This document shows positions 48,670 to 57,553 of a DNA stretch of 60,367 bases, one piece after another. Each line of letters starts with the position of its first letter. Position 1 is the first letter of the stretch. The notes beneath the pieces were generated by a model. It ran no database searches and was not told the DNA's origin. It saw only the letters and a program-made list of their open reading frames with translations. The translations under genes and the position numbers were made by a program. Where the stretch lies: IMG/VR virus record IMGVR_UViG_3300036770_006786, positions 1-60,367 of that record. One strand, 5' to 3'. This DNA comes from a virus. Its lineage: Duplodnaviria > Caudoviricetes.

Positions 48670-50333
48670 AACCCATACCAGTGTTTGTTGGATACGATCC
48701 CAGAGAAGCCATAGCCTATCATGTGTGCGCAAATTCTATCATACGCAATGCATCGGCTCCAGTAGCTATCATTCCCATAGCATTGAATCTATTCCAGGAC
48801 TATCAAGAAACACACACCGACGGTAGCAATCATTTCATCTACACCAGATTTCTTGTGCCGCATCTCATGGGTTTCAAAGGCCGAGCTATATTCATCGATG
48901 GTGATATGGTAGTGCGTGGTGATATCGTGGAACTGTATGAATCCTTACGATTAGGGATGGATGTGGCTGTGGTCAAGCACGATTACAAGACTCGGATGCC
49001 CGTGAAATATCTCGGTGCTAAAAACGAAGACTATCCTAGAAAGAACTGGAGTTCAGTGATCGTGTGGGACTGCCAGACTTTCACTAATCGCAAACTCACT
49101 CCCGAGTTTGTGCAAAGCCAGCCCGGTAGCTTCCTGCATCGCTTCTCCTGGATTCCCGATGATCGCATACAAGAATTGCCTCCGGAATGGAACTGGTTGC
49201 CGGATGAATATGATGCCAACCCTGATGCCAAATTACTGCATTACACCCTTGGCACGCCCTGCTTCCATGAATTCGTGGGTACTCCCCAGGCCGAAGAATG
49301 GCACAGAGAGCGCATGTATGTGGAATATTGCCAGCAAAGAAACTTTTTGGGTCCGGAACCCATCGCACCAAAAACAGCAGTGGAAATAAAAGATCTTTCT
49401 TTCCCTCCCAAACAAAAAGAATTTTTCCAAGAAGTCAGTCGTTGGGTAGAAGATCCCGATGGAGACTATGGCCCGGTAAAGGATCGTAAATGGTTCAATG
49501 AATGGTTCGTTGAAGCCCACGAAAATCAACTAGTAGGATTGAGCGAAATGGATGACATAAGTCAGAAACAACTAGACAAAGGCAGCGGCAATATCGATGG
49601 CATAGTGCAATCCTTCGCCCGAGGCACAGGCGGTCGTGTGGGAGTGTGGAGCAAATACGAAGAAAGCACCGCACCAGTGGCGCTGAGAAGCATAGCCAAG
49701 AAAAAAGTGATGAAACAGTGCGAAGAACAAGGTAGAGATTATTACTACATCGACACTGGATACTTTGGCAATCAAAAACACAAACTCTATCACAGAATCA
49801 CCAAGAATGCCATGCAGTGGTTGGGAGAGATCGAGGATCGTCCTGCGGACCGACTAGAACGTACTGGAGTGAGGCCCAGGAAGATGACCAAAGGCAGCAA
49901 GATCCTTCTATGTCCGCCCAGCCAGAAAGCCATGAACTACTGGGACTTGGATGTAGATAAGTGGGTCGAAGATACTGTGGCTGAGATCAAAAAGCACACA
50001 GATCGTCCCATAGAAATAAGGCTCAAGCAATCTCGTTCAGTGCGCCAACATGTAGATACCATGGAGATGGCCCTGGCCAAAGACGTGCATTGTTTGGTCA
50101 CTTTCAACAGTATCGCGGCAGTGGAAGCATTGATCTTAGGCAAGCCTGTGTTCACTATGGGGCCCAACGCCGCCCATCATCTGTCCAACACTGATCTCAG
50201 CCTGATCGATAATCCTTACAAACCCTCGCTGGAGGAAGTAGATGCTTTGTTGAGATGTCTGAGTTATCATCAGTTCACAGTGGAAGAAATGAAGTCTGGT
50301 TATGCCTGGGCAGTGATCAACGGAGACGTCTAG
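48666..50333 (+). CDS. Two-domain protein: GT-A glycosyltransferase plus capsule-synthesis-like GT-B domain
   Basis: FVGYDPRE, FIYTRFLVP, FIDGDM, YPRKNWSS, LHYTLGTP; C-terminal YIDTGYF..RPI..R.K..VTFNS.AAVEA..GKPV. Confidence 0.75.
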   Translation: MKPIPVFVGYDPREAIAYHVCANSIIRNASAPVAIIPIALNLFQDYQETHTDGSNHFIYTRFLVPHLMGFKGRAIFIDGDMVVRGDIVELYESLRLGMDVAVVKHDYKTRMPVKYLGAKNEDYPRKNWSSVIVWDCQTFTNRKLTPEFVQSQPGSFLHRFSWIPDDRIQELPPEWNWLPDEYDANPDAKLLHYTLGTPCFHEFVGTPQAEEWHRERMYVEYCQQRNFLGPEPIAPKTAVEIKDLSFPPKQKEFFQEVSRWVEDPDGDYGPVKDRKWFNEWFVEAHENQLVGLSEMDDISQKQLDKGSGNIDGIVQSFARGTGGRVGVWSKYEESTAPVALRSIAKKKVMKQCEEQGRDYYYIDTGYFGNQKHKLYHRITKNAMQWLGEIEDRPADRLERTGVRPRKMTKGSKILLCPPSQKAMNYWDLDVDKWVEDTVAEIKKHTDRPIEIRLKQSRSVRQHVDTMEMALAKDVHCLVTFNSIAAVEALILGKPVFTMGPNAAHHLSNTDLSLIDNPYKPSLEEVDALLRCLSYHQFTVEEMKSGYAWAVINGDV

Positions 50334-51244
50334 TGAAGGTAGCAGTTTACCTGGCTGCCGTACCTCGCAAAGCCAAGAACCAATTCAAAAGAGATCTCCT
50401 GACTGAGTTCGCCCATGGATGTAAAAAATCAGGCGACGAAGTATGGGTCGTGGATGAAATGACCACGGTTGATGCAGACATCGCAGTGCTACAAGGATGG
50501 ATAGGCATGAAGCAAGCCCCACATCTTGAATTGCGAGAGCGTGTGATCCAGCAACAGCGACAAAGAGGACAACACACACTGGTCATAGACAGTAATCTGT
50601 TTGGGTTCCTGGAACCTTTGGACTTCAACAGATATCTGAGATACAGCCTCGACGGTATATTCCCTACCACGGGCTATTACTTCGACAAGGATCCAGATCC
50701 TGCTAGATGGCAATCGATCAAACGCAGTTATCAATTCGAAGAACGAGATTGGAAAACCGGCGGAAAACACATACTGATCTGCTTGCAAAGAGAAGGTGGC
50801 TGGAGCATGGATGGTCTTTGTCCCTATGATTGGCTGGCAGATATCATACCCAAGATACGTTCAGCCACTGACAGGCCCATCGTGATCAGAGGTCATCCTG
50901 GCAGCATGAAAACTGTCCCCGGAGTCAAGAAACGCTGGCCCGATATCACTATATCTGACACGGCAGACATCCGAGGAGATTTCAAACACGCCTGGGCTAC
51001 GATAACCTACAACTCAAGTCCCGGTGTGGCTAGTTTGCTATGGGGAGTACCTGCTTGGATCACGGATCCTACGCCATCTCGTAGCCAGGCCTATCCTTGG
51101 GCAGCCACCGATCTGTCAACTATTGACAATCCTCAACGACCCGACCGCTCTGGATTTTATCAACGGCTGGCGCAGTGTCATTTTTCCATGCAAGAATTGC
51201 ACGACGGATCGGCTTGGAACTTCATGCGATCAAGACTGCCCTGA
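50333..51244 (+). CDS. Capsular polysaccharide synthesis-like (KpsS/GT-B-type) protein
   Basis: ILICLQR, TDRPIVIRGHPG, ITYNSSPGV.SLL.GVP; GTG start overlapping the upstream TAG. Confidence 0.6.
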   Translation: MKVAVYLAAVPRKAKNQFKRDLLTEFAHGCKKSGDEVWVVDEMTTVDADIAVLQGWIGMKQAPHLELRERVIQQQRQRGQHTLVIDSNLFGFLEPLDFNRYLRYSLDGIFPTTGYYFDKDPDPARWQSIKRSYQFEERDWKTGGKHILICLQREGGWSMDGLCPYDWLADIIPKIRSATDRPIVIRGHPGSMKTVPGVKKRWPDITISDTADIRGDFKHAWATITYNSSPGVASLLWGVPAWITDPTPSRSQAYPWAATDLSTIDNPQRPDRSGFYQRLAQCHFSMQELHDGSAWNFMRSRLP

Positions 51245-52057
51245 CCAATACGATACGTCAGGATGGAAAGCCGCACTTTCATCGTCGCCTTTCCAAGCAC
51301 TACGACCCATTTCTTTGCGCCGGCTACCCTTGAGATGATCTATGTATCTGCCTAGCGCAGATGCGATAAATGGATGTCCTGGACCTTTGCCACTGACTTC
51401 GGGGCTGAGATTGTGGAAACGTATGCCTTGAGATTGATACTGTTTCCTAAGGACGTCAAACACAAAGCTGTCATGATATTCAGTCAGCGTAAACAATCTG
51501 TCAGTGGTATAGAGATCTTTCCAATCGGCAATAAATCGACTCAACATGCTGTGTCTACGATTGTATGCGACCCAACCGCACTCGCTGTGATATTTTTCTC
51601 TGCGACCTAGATAACAGACCATGGCAGAATCGTCGCACACTGATGCCAAGAAATCTTCTGGTATCTTCTGGAATGTTTTGCTGTCAGCATCTAACCATAT
51701 GATCCAATCCGAATCTATGTTTTCACAGGCATGGATCACCGAAAAAACTTTGTGGCTGAATCTTACGGCGTCCCATTTGAATGAGTTATCTTTGATCGGG
51801 CCAGATCCATCGGGCAAGATCTGACCATGAGCTCGAGGGTTATTGGCATGACGATGCTTGAATTCGACCAGCTCTGGACACAGATCCAATAGATTGACTA
51901 CCCTGACATTGGACTTGGTAGTGCGAGGAACACAGTTTTCAGCATACACCACCAGTTCTACAGAATCTGGCCAATGCTGTTCAAAGGTATCAATCATCCT
52001 TTGTCCATATAATTCCATGCCCGCTGGATGGAAGGTGGTAATTACTGTGTATTTCAT
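51230..52057 (-). CDS. GT-A glycosyltransferase (paralog of 44019)
   Basis: VITTF, WDAVRFSHKVF, IIWLDAD, YLGR, SECG, HDSFVFD, DHLKG; TAAATA 7 nt before ATG 52057. Confidence 0.8.
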   Translation of the reverse strand: MKYTVITTFHPAGMELYGQRMIDTFEQHWPDSVELVVYAENCVPRTTKSNVRVVNLLDLCPELVEFKHRHANNPRAHGQILPDGSGPIKDNSFKWDAVRFSHKVFSVIHACENIDSDWIIWLDADSKTFQKIPEDFLASVCDDSAMVCYLGRREKYHSECGWVAYNRRHSMLSRFIADWKDLYTTDRLFTLTEYHDSFVFDVLRKQYQSQGIRFHNLSPEVSGKGPGHPFIASALGRYIDHLKGSRRKEMGRSAWKGDDESAAFHPDVSYWSGQS

Positions 52058-52070
52058 TTGCGGATATTTA

Positions 52071-52919
52071 GTGATCAAGAACATAGCATATTTTCCTTCT
52101 CAGTGCGCCCGGAACGCTGGACCAGTCATGGATGCGTTTCTCGACAGTTGTCGTGCCCAGTCTATAATGCCTCAAGAAAACAGCTGGACATCAGATGCCG
52201 CGGTGATATGGAGTGTGCTATGGCATGGCCGCATGCGGGCCAATCAAGAAGTATACCAACGATATCGCGATCAAAGACGTCCAGTGATTATCATAGATGT
52301 AGGTGCGCTGTATAGAGGTACCACTTGGAAGATCGCTGTAGACAATATCAATGCTCTAGGTTATTACGGCCACCAGCAGGATCTCGACTGGGATCGTCCT
52401 AAAAAACTAGGTATCAGTCTGGGTTATACATGGCCAGGAGATCCCTCCATATTGATAGCTGCACAACATGGATCTAGTCTCCAAGTCGAGGGACTGGAAT
52501 CTATAGAATCCTGGATCCGACAACAGATACAACAGCTGAGACAGTACACCGATCGTCCAATCAAGATCCGACCACATCCTAGGTATAAGTTAGATCTTTC
52601 AAAGATAGATCAACACGTGGCGATCGAGACACCTTGCAAATTGACTGACACATATGATAGCTTCAATCTACGTTTTGATTATCAGGCCTTGATCAATTAC
52701 AATAGTGGTCCTGGCATACAAGCAGCCATTGAAGGATGTCCTGTGCTGGTAGATAAAAGTAGTTTGGCATATCCTATAAGTATCACACATAAAGAAATAG
52801 ATAGTAGGCTCCAGCGAGATCGAGATCGATGGCTGGTAGAGATCTGTCATACTGAGTATACACTGCAGGAGATAAAACAAGGGCGATGGCTAAAAAGATT
52901 GGCAGACAGACTGTGCTAA
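52071..52919 (+). CDS. Capsular polysaccharide synthesis-like (KpsS/GT-B-type) protein
   Basis: ILIAAQH, TDRPIKIRPHP, INYNSGPGIQAAIEGCPV; likely GTG start 52071, as the longer ORF overlaps the divergent gene. Confidence 0.6.
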   Translation: MIKNIAYFPSQCARNAGPVMDAFLDSCRAQSIMPQENSWTSDAAVIWSVLWHGRMRANQEVYQRYRDQRRPVIIIDVGALYRGTTWKIAVDNINALGYYGHQQDLDWDRPKKLGISLGYTWPGDPSILIAAQHGSSLQVEGLESIESWIRQQIQQLRQYTDRPIKIRPHPRYKLDLSKIDQHVAIETPCKLTDTYDSFNLRFDYQALINYNSGPGIQAAIEGCPVLVDKSSLAYPISITHKEIDSRLQRDRDRWLVEICHTEYTLQEIKQGRWLKRLADRLC

Positions 52920-53632
52920 AAAACAATGTGATAGATTGTGCTTGTCTCATCCACGACGTGCGATATTCTTGGGACTACGTAGACAAACTCTACAACAGTC
53001 TTTGCCGCAACCTCACGCCTGCTGTGCGCTTGCACGTCTATACTGAACACAATCGAGCAGTGCCCGCACACATGATACATCATGCCTTGGAAGAATGGCC
53101 TGGAGTTCGCGGACCAAAAAAATCATGGTGGTACAAGATACAGTTATTCAATCCTCAACACCATTCTGGACCCTTGCTATATTTTGACTTAGATACAGTG
53201 ATAACCGGCAACATAGATTGGATTTGGCGTTTGCCTTCTGATCGCTTCTGGGCAGTGAAAGATTTCAAGTTCCTTTTCCGTCCTGCCCGTGTGTGCGTGA
53301 ATTCCTCAGTGATGTGGTTCGATACCAGCCGCTGGAGCCATGTGTACCAGGAATTTGATCCAGCTACAGCTCGCAATCGCGCTCGGTATCACGGTGATCA
53401 AGATTACATCAATGAAAAAATACCGGCAGGGCAAGTAAGCTACTTTGATCTGGAACGTGTAAAAAGCTGGCGCTGGCAGCTCAAGGATGGTGGATACGAT
53501 TTCAAAACTCGCCGTTATAAAATACCAGAATCTGGCACAATGATCACGGACCCAGTGAGCGTATTGGTGTTTCATGGAGATCCAAAACCTCACGAAATAC
53601 AGGATCCTAATGTTTTACAGCACTGGGTCTGA
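52886..53632 (+). CDS. GT-A glycosyltransferase (GT8-like motifs)
   Basis: WWYKIQLF, LYFDLD, NSSVM, GDQDYI, VFHGDPKP. Confidence 0.75.
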   Translation: MAKKIGRQTVLKNNVIDCACLIHDVRYSWDYVDKLYNSLCRNLTPAVRLHVYTEHNRAVPAHMIHHALEEWPGVRGPKKSWWYKIQLFNPQHHSGPLLYFDLDTVITGNIDWIWRLPSDRFWAVKDFKFLFRPARVCVNSSVMWFDTSRWSHVYQEFDPATARNRARYHGDQDYINEKIPAGQVSYFDLERVKSWRWQLKDGGYDFKTRRYKIPESGTMITDPVSVLVFHGDPKPHEIQDPNVLQHWV

Positions 53633-53755
53633 CATAAATACCACACAAAATGGATACGGCTATTTTGTAAATTTTTAGATCCGGGTGCGCTAAGTTTTAG
53701 CGATGGCCAGCCTTATGCCGTAAATCAAAATTTGATAAAATTTGAGGAATAAAAA

Positions 53756-54190
53756 ATGGCAACTAATCTTGTAATCAGATTCCGCAGAGAAGCTGAACCT
53801 ACCGCTGCAACCATACTTCTGAATGGCACGCAGATTTTCAGTGGAGTGCTGGGTGCCGGCACAACAATCGGAGAAACCTTCCAGACAGATCCTTTTCCTA
53901 CGGATCTGAATGATGGAGACACCGCATCTATGAGCATCGCTGTCACATCCGGAGTGCTGAAATGCGGTGGAGTCTATAGCGACGTGAGAGACTATCCAGA
54001 TTTCCGTGTGAGCGGTACTGAATTGATCAATGGTGCAGCTCCGGAATGGCCGGCTAGTCCAGTAGATCCTATGCCAGGCGGCACAGAAGAAAATCCAGAC
54101 TGGGATGGCTGGTTCCATGAACTAGGAGCAGGCGAAACTTTGACCTGCAACATCACAGTGGTCGGACCTGCAACACCTCCTGCGCCCTGA
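53756..54190 (+). CDS. Hypothetical late protein
   Basis: 144 aa, SD GAGGA, ATAAATA at 53634, own terminator. Confidence 0.7.
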   Translation: MATNLVIRFRREAEPTAATILLNGTQIFSGVLGAGTTIGETFQTDPFPTDLNDGDTASMSIAVTSGVLKCGGVYSDVRDYPDFRVSGTELINGAAPEWPASPVDPMPGGTEENPDWDGWFHELGAGETLTCNITVVGPATPPAP

Positions 54191-54203
54191 TTTGAAGTAG
54201 CAT

Positions 54204-54232
54204 AAAAACCCTGCCTTGAGCAGGGTTTTTTT
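54204..54232 (+). terminator. Rho-independent terminator
   Basis: AAAAACCCTGC-cttga-GCAGGGTTTTT plus Ts. Confidence 0.9.
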
Positions 54233-54234
54233 AT

Positions 54235-54357
54235 GGTTGACCAATAAATCCTTTATTTGCTAAAATATGAGTATGGATAGTAAATTGTGGCAAAAAAACA
54301 ACATCAAAAAACGGGCAAAATAGCCCGGTTGACCACAAATTCCCATTATCGTATAAT
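54235..54357 (+). promoter_or_regulatory. Tandem sigma70-like early promoters
   Basis: GGTTGACCA..TAAAAT (54237-54266, 18-bp spacer) and GGTTGACCA..TATAAT (54329-54357, 17-bp spacer). Confidence 0.75.
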
Positions 54358-54390
54358 ATTGGTATAGCGTAAAAAAAGGAGCCTAGACAA

Positions 54391-55413
54391 ATGACGCAAG
54401 TCCAAATCTTGAATGGTACATATCGTAAGCAGAGCGTGAATGGTATTACTTTTCCGCTGGTGCGTGATTTCCAAACAGATGCCAAAGGTGGCAATGTAGT
54501 GGTAGCCAACAATGGTGTGTTTCCTGGCATGCCGGACCAGATCCGTGTGCGAGTAGATTCAATCGATGACATTGTTTTCGTAGGAGAGCGAGTGAGCAAA
54601 CCAGACAATCTAGTAGAGTTCAAGACAGCGGTCCAGACAGAGACCGACGAACAAGTGATGGATCGTATCGAACAGCGATTCAACATCCTGGACGACATGA
54701 CCAAAGCCGCTATCTCCGGTGATATCCGTGCTATGATCGTGGTTGGCCCTCCTGGAGTGGGTAAATCCTACGGTGTGGAGTATCAGCTGGAAAAGGCTGG
54801 CCTGTTTGACAACATCTCTGGCCGTAAGATCAAATACGAAGTGATCAAGGGTGCCATGACTCCTATCGGCCTGTACTGCACCTTGTATAAACATTCGGAC
54901 CCTAAGAACGTGTTGGTGTTTGACGACTGTGATTCGATCCTGCTGGATGACGTGGCGCTGAACATCCTCAAAGCCGCCCTGGACTCAGGTAAAAAACGTC
55001 GTATCCACTGGAACGCTGACAGCTCGATGTTGCGCCGTGAAGGTGTGCCCGATCAGTTCGACTTCAAAGGCTCGGTGATCTTTATCACGAACTTGAAGTT
55101 CGATCACCTCAAATCAAAGAAACTGCAAGACCATTTAGAGGCGCTCCAAAGCCGATGCCACTTCCTGGACCTCACACTGGACACCACACGCGACAAGATC
55201 CTGCGTATCCGCCAGATCTTCCGCAAAGGTGATCTGTTCCAGGACTACGATTTCACTCCTGAACAAGGTGAAGAGATCGTACAGTTCATGCAAGACAATC
55301 ATGCCAAACTCAGAGAGATCTCGTTGCGCATGGCGCTGAAATTGGCGGACCTGACCAAAGTCAGTGCCAATTGGAGAGCTCTGGCTGAGAGCACTTGCAT
55401 GCGCCACGGTTGA
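54391..55413 (+). CDS. AAA+ family ATPase
   Basis: GPPGVGKS Walker A, LVFDDCD Walker B, IFITN sensor 1, ALQSRC arginine finger. Confidence 0.85.
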   Translation: MTQVQILNGTYRKQSVNGITFPLVRDFQTDAKGGNVVVANNGVFPGMPDQIRVRVDSIDDIVFVGERVSKPDNLVEFKTAVQTETDEQVMDRIEQRFNILDDMTKAAISGDIRAMIVVGPPGVGKSYGVEYQLEKAGLFDNISGRKIKYEVIKGAMTPIGLYCTLYKHSDPKNVLVFDDCDSILLDDVALNILKAALDSGKKRRIHWNADSSMLRREGVPDQFDFKGSVIFITNLKFDHLKSKKLQDHLEALQSRCHFLDLTLDTTRDKILRIRQIFRKGDLFQDYDFTPEQGEEIVQFMQDNHAKLREISLRMALKLADLTKVSANWRALAESTCMRHG

Positions 55414-55420
55414 AGTTTTC

Positions 55421-55492
55421 CGGATAGCCATCTATAGTCTAGCTCCTAGGCTATCCGTTTAGAGGCACCCATAAAACGGTGCCTCTTTTTTT
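55421..55492 (+). terminator. Two-hairpin 3' element: anti-SD-loop hairpin followed by Rho-independent terminator
   Basis: CGGATAGCC/GGCTATCCG stem 55421-55457; AGAGGCACC/GGTGCCTCT plus T6 at 55461-55492. Confidence 0.8.
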
Positions 55493-55526
55493 GACTTTAG
55501 TAAATACAGCCTGCTATAATCAAACA

Positions 55527-56996
55527 ATGCGACAGGCACGACTAATCATACGCGACGAAGTCAACGTCAAGATCGAAGGACTAGAACTTGATGCGAGACG
55601 CACTCTCGTCAACCGATTCAAATACGATGTTCCTTATGCTCGATATCTACCAGCGGTACGTCTGGGTAGATGGGATGGCAAGGTATCCTTCTTCCAGCTT
55701 GGCGGTAGCACTTATGTGAACCTATTGCCTGAGATCATTCCTGTGTTGGAAGAACTCAACTATGATATCGAACTAGATGACCAACGCGAGTATCGTACCA
55801 CATTTGAGTTTGAGCAGGTAGCCGAAGATACGTTCTCAGACATCCTATGGCCCAAAGGACATCCAGCCGCAGGTGAACCTATCATGATGAGAGACTATCA
55901 AGTAGAGATAGTCAACAACTTCTTGGCCAACCCGCAGTGCCTGCAAGAAGTGGCCACGGGTGCTGGTAAAACAATCATGACAGCCGCACTGAGCCATGCA
56001 GTCACACCTTATGGTCGCAGTATTGTGATTGTGCCCAACAAGAGCCTGGTCACCCAGACAGAGAAAGACTACATCAACATGCAACTCGATGTGGGTGTGT
56101 TTTTTGGTGACAGGAAAGAGTTTGGTCGCCAGCACACCATCTGCACCTGGCAGAGCTTGAACGTGCTACTAAAAAATACCAAGAGCGGTTCGGCGGATAT
56201 CACTATCACAGAGTTCCTTGAAGATGTAGTATGTGTCATAGTCGACGAAGTACACATGGCCAAGGCCGATGCACTGAAAACCTTGCTCACAGGCGTGATG
56301 TCGCAAGTGCCGATCCGTTGGGGATTGACCGGTACCATACCCAAAGAAGATTTTGAGTTCCAAGCCCTGCATGTGAGTCTTGGTCCCGTGATCTCTCGAT
56401 TGGCCGCCGCGGAACTACAGGACATGGGTGTGCTGGCGCAGTGCCATGTGAACATCGTGCAACTGGTAGACCATGTAGAGTACAACAACTATCAGAGTGA
56501 ACTGAAATACCTGTTGGAAGAATCGGGGCGCCTGGATACTATGGCCAGTCTCATAGCAGAAGTAAACAAAACCGGAAACACATTGGTGTTAGTAGACCGC
56601 ATCGCGCCCGGACAAGAACTGGTCAAGCGTCTCGGCGACCGTGCAGTATTTGTATCGGGCGCTACCAAAGCAAAGGACAGACAAGATGAATATGACGAAG
56701 TGGCTGAGGCTACCGATAAAATTATTGTTGCTACTTACGGTGTGGCCGCTGTTGGTATCAATATTCCTCGTATTTTCAATCTGGTGCTTGTGGAGCCCGG
56801 AAAGAGCTTTGTCCGAGTTATACAGAGCATTGGGCGCGGCATTAGAAAAGCAGAGGACAAAGACCATGTGCAGATCTGGGATATCACCTCCACCTGCAAG
56901 TTCGCAAAAAGACACCTGACCAAACGCAAAGCCTATTACAAAGAAGCACGATATCCTTTCACGCAAGAACGATTGGAGTGGATGCGACTTGGGTAA
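55527..56996 (+). CDS. uvsW: SF2 DNA helicase UvsW
   Basis: RDYQ, ATGAGKT, VDEVH, GLTGT, GINIP, QSIGRGIR; start at ATG 55527, 6 nt after TATAAT. Confidence 0.9.
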   Translation: MRQARLIIRDEVNVKIEGLELDARRTLVNRFKYDVPYARYLPAVRLGRWDGKVSFFQLGGSTYVNLLPEIIPVLEELNYDIELDDQREYRTTFEFEQVAEDTFSDILWPKGHPAAGEPIMMRDYQVEIVNNFLANPQCLQEVATGAGKTIMTAALSHAVTPYGRSIVIVPNKSLVTQTEKDYINMQLDVGVFFGDRKEFGRQHTICTWQSLNVLLKNTKSGSADITITEFLEDVVCVIVDEVHMAKADALKTLLTGVMSQVPIRWGLTGTIPKEDFEFQALHVSLGPVISRLAAAELQDMGVLAQCHVNIVQLVDHVEYNNYQSELKYLLEESGRLDTMASLIAEVNKTGNTLVLVDRIAPGQELVKRLGDRAVFVSGATKAKDRQDEYDEVAEATDKIIVATYGVAAVGINIPRIFNLVLVEPGKSFVRVIQSIGRGIRKAEDKDHVQIWDITSTCKFAKRHLTKRKAYYKEARYPFTQERLEWMRLG

Positions 56997-57052
56997 TCTT
57001 TATCAACAAGACTCGGTTGCAAATACAAGAATAACATAGTATAATGGAAAAT

Positions 57053-57553
57053 ATGAAAATACTGACCCTAGACAACAAGTCTTATGATCTCGACACACTA
57101 CCCGAAGAGGTAGATGACATGCGGTTCGCTATCCTGGATAATTCTGACCCGTCGGATCCGGATTATCATTATATTCCATTGATCTTCTTAGAAAGCTTCA
57201 ATTCTCCTGCGCTGGTATTGCAAGTGGGAGAGCGCAGGATCAAGATGCCTATAGATTGGCAGATCCTGATCGGAGAACCTGATCTTGGAGATCTAGAAAT
57301 GTTGCCCTTGACCTCAATCAATGATCGTGGATTCAAAGCATTCCAGTTCAATCCCTTGACATCATTCCGACCCAGTTTCCTTGACATTGAGATAGTGGAT
57401 GTGTATCATGATGTGGCCTGGTATGCGCCCAAACTCAAGAATGGTCAGATGCTATGTGTGCCGTTGGATGACAGCGAAGAACCAGACTGTGTGTACTTTG
57501 TCAAGGATATCAGCCGCAACTGTGAAGTGGTAGATTACAACAAGGCTTGGTAG
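57053..57553 (+). CDS. Hypothetical protein
   Basis: TTGCAA-17-TATAAT promoter (57017-57045) covers the first ATG, so the start is probably ATG 57053. Confidence 0.7.
   Translation: MKILTLDNKSYDLDTLPEEVDDMRFAILDNSDPSDPDYHYIPLIFLESFNSPALVLQVGERRIKMPIDWQILIGEPDLGDLEMLPLTSINDRGFKAFQFNPLTSFRPSFLDIEIVDVYHDVAWYAPKLKNGQMLCVPLDDSEEPDCVYFVKDISRNCEVVDYNKAW

Noticed and set aside
42203-53632. Bacterial LPS/capsule locus (host contamination or prophage flank)
   Set aside because: Embedded between uvsY and uvsW, uses phage late promoters, shares the TTAA avoidance, and lacks wzx/wzy or ABC export genes
53690-54704. Minus-strand ORFs 53690-54118 and 54231-54704
   Set aside because: They are antisense to plus-strand genes that have clear promoter, SD and terminator signals
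34020-56996. Inteins or introns in terL, uvsX or uvsW
   Set aside because: Lengths are normal, motifs are contiguous and no C...HN splice signatures were seen
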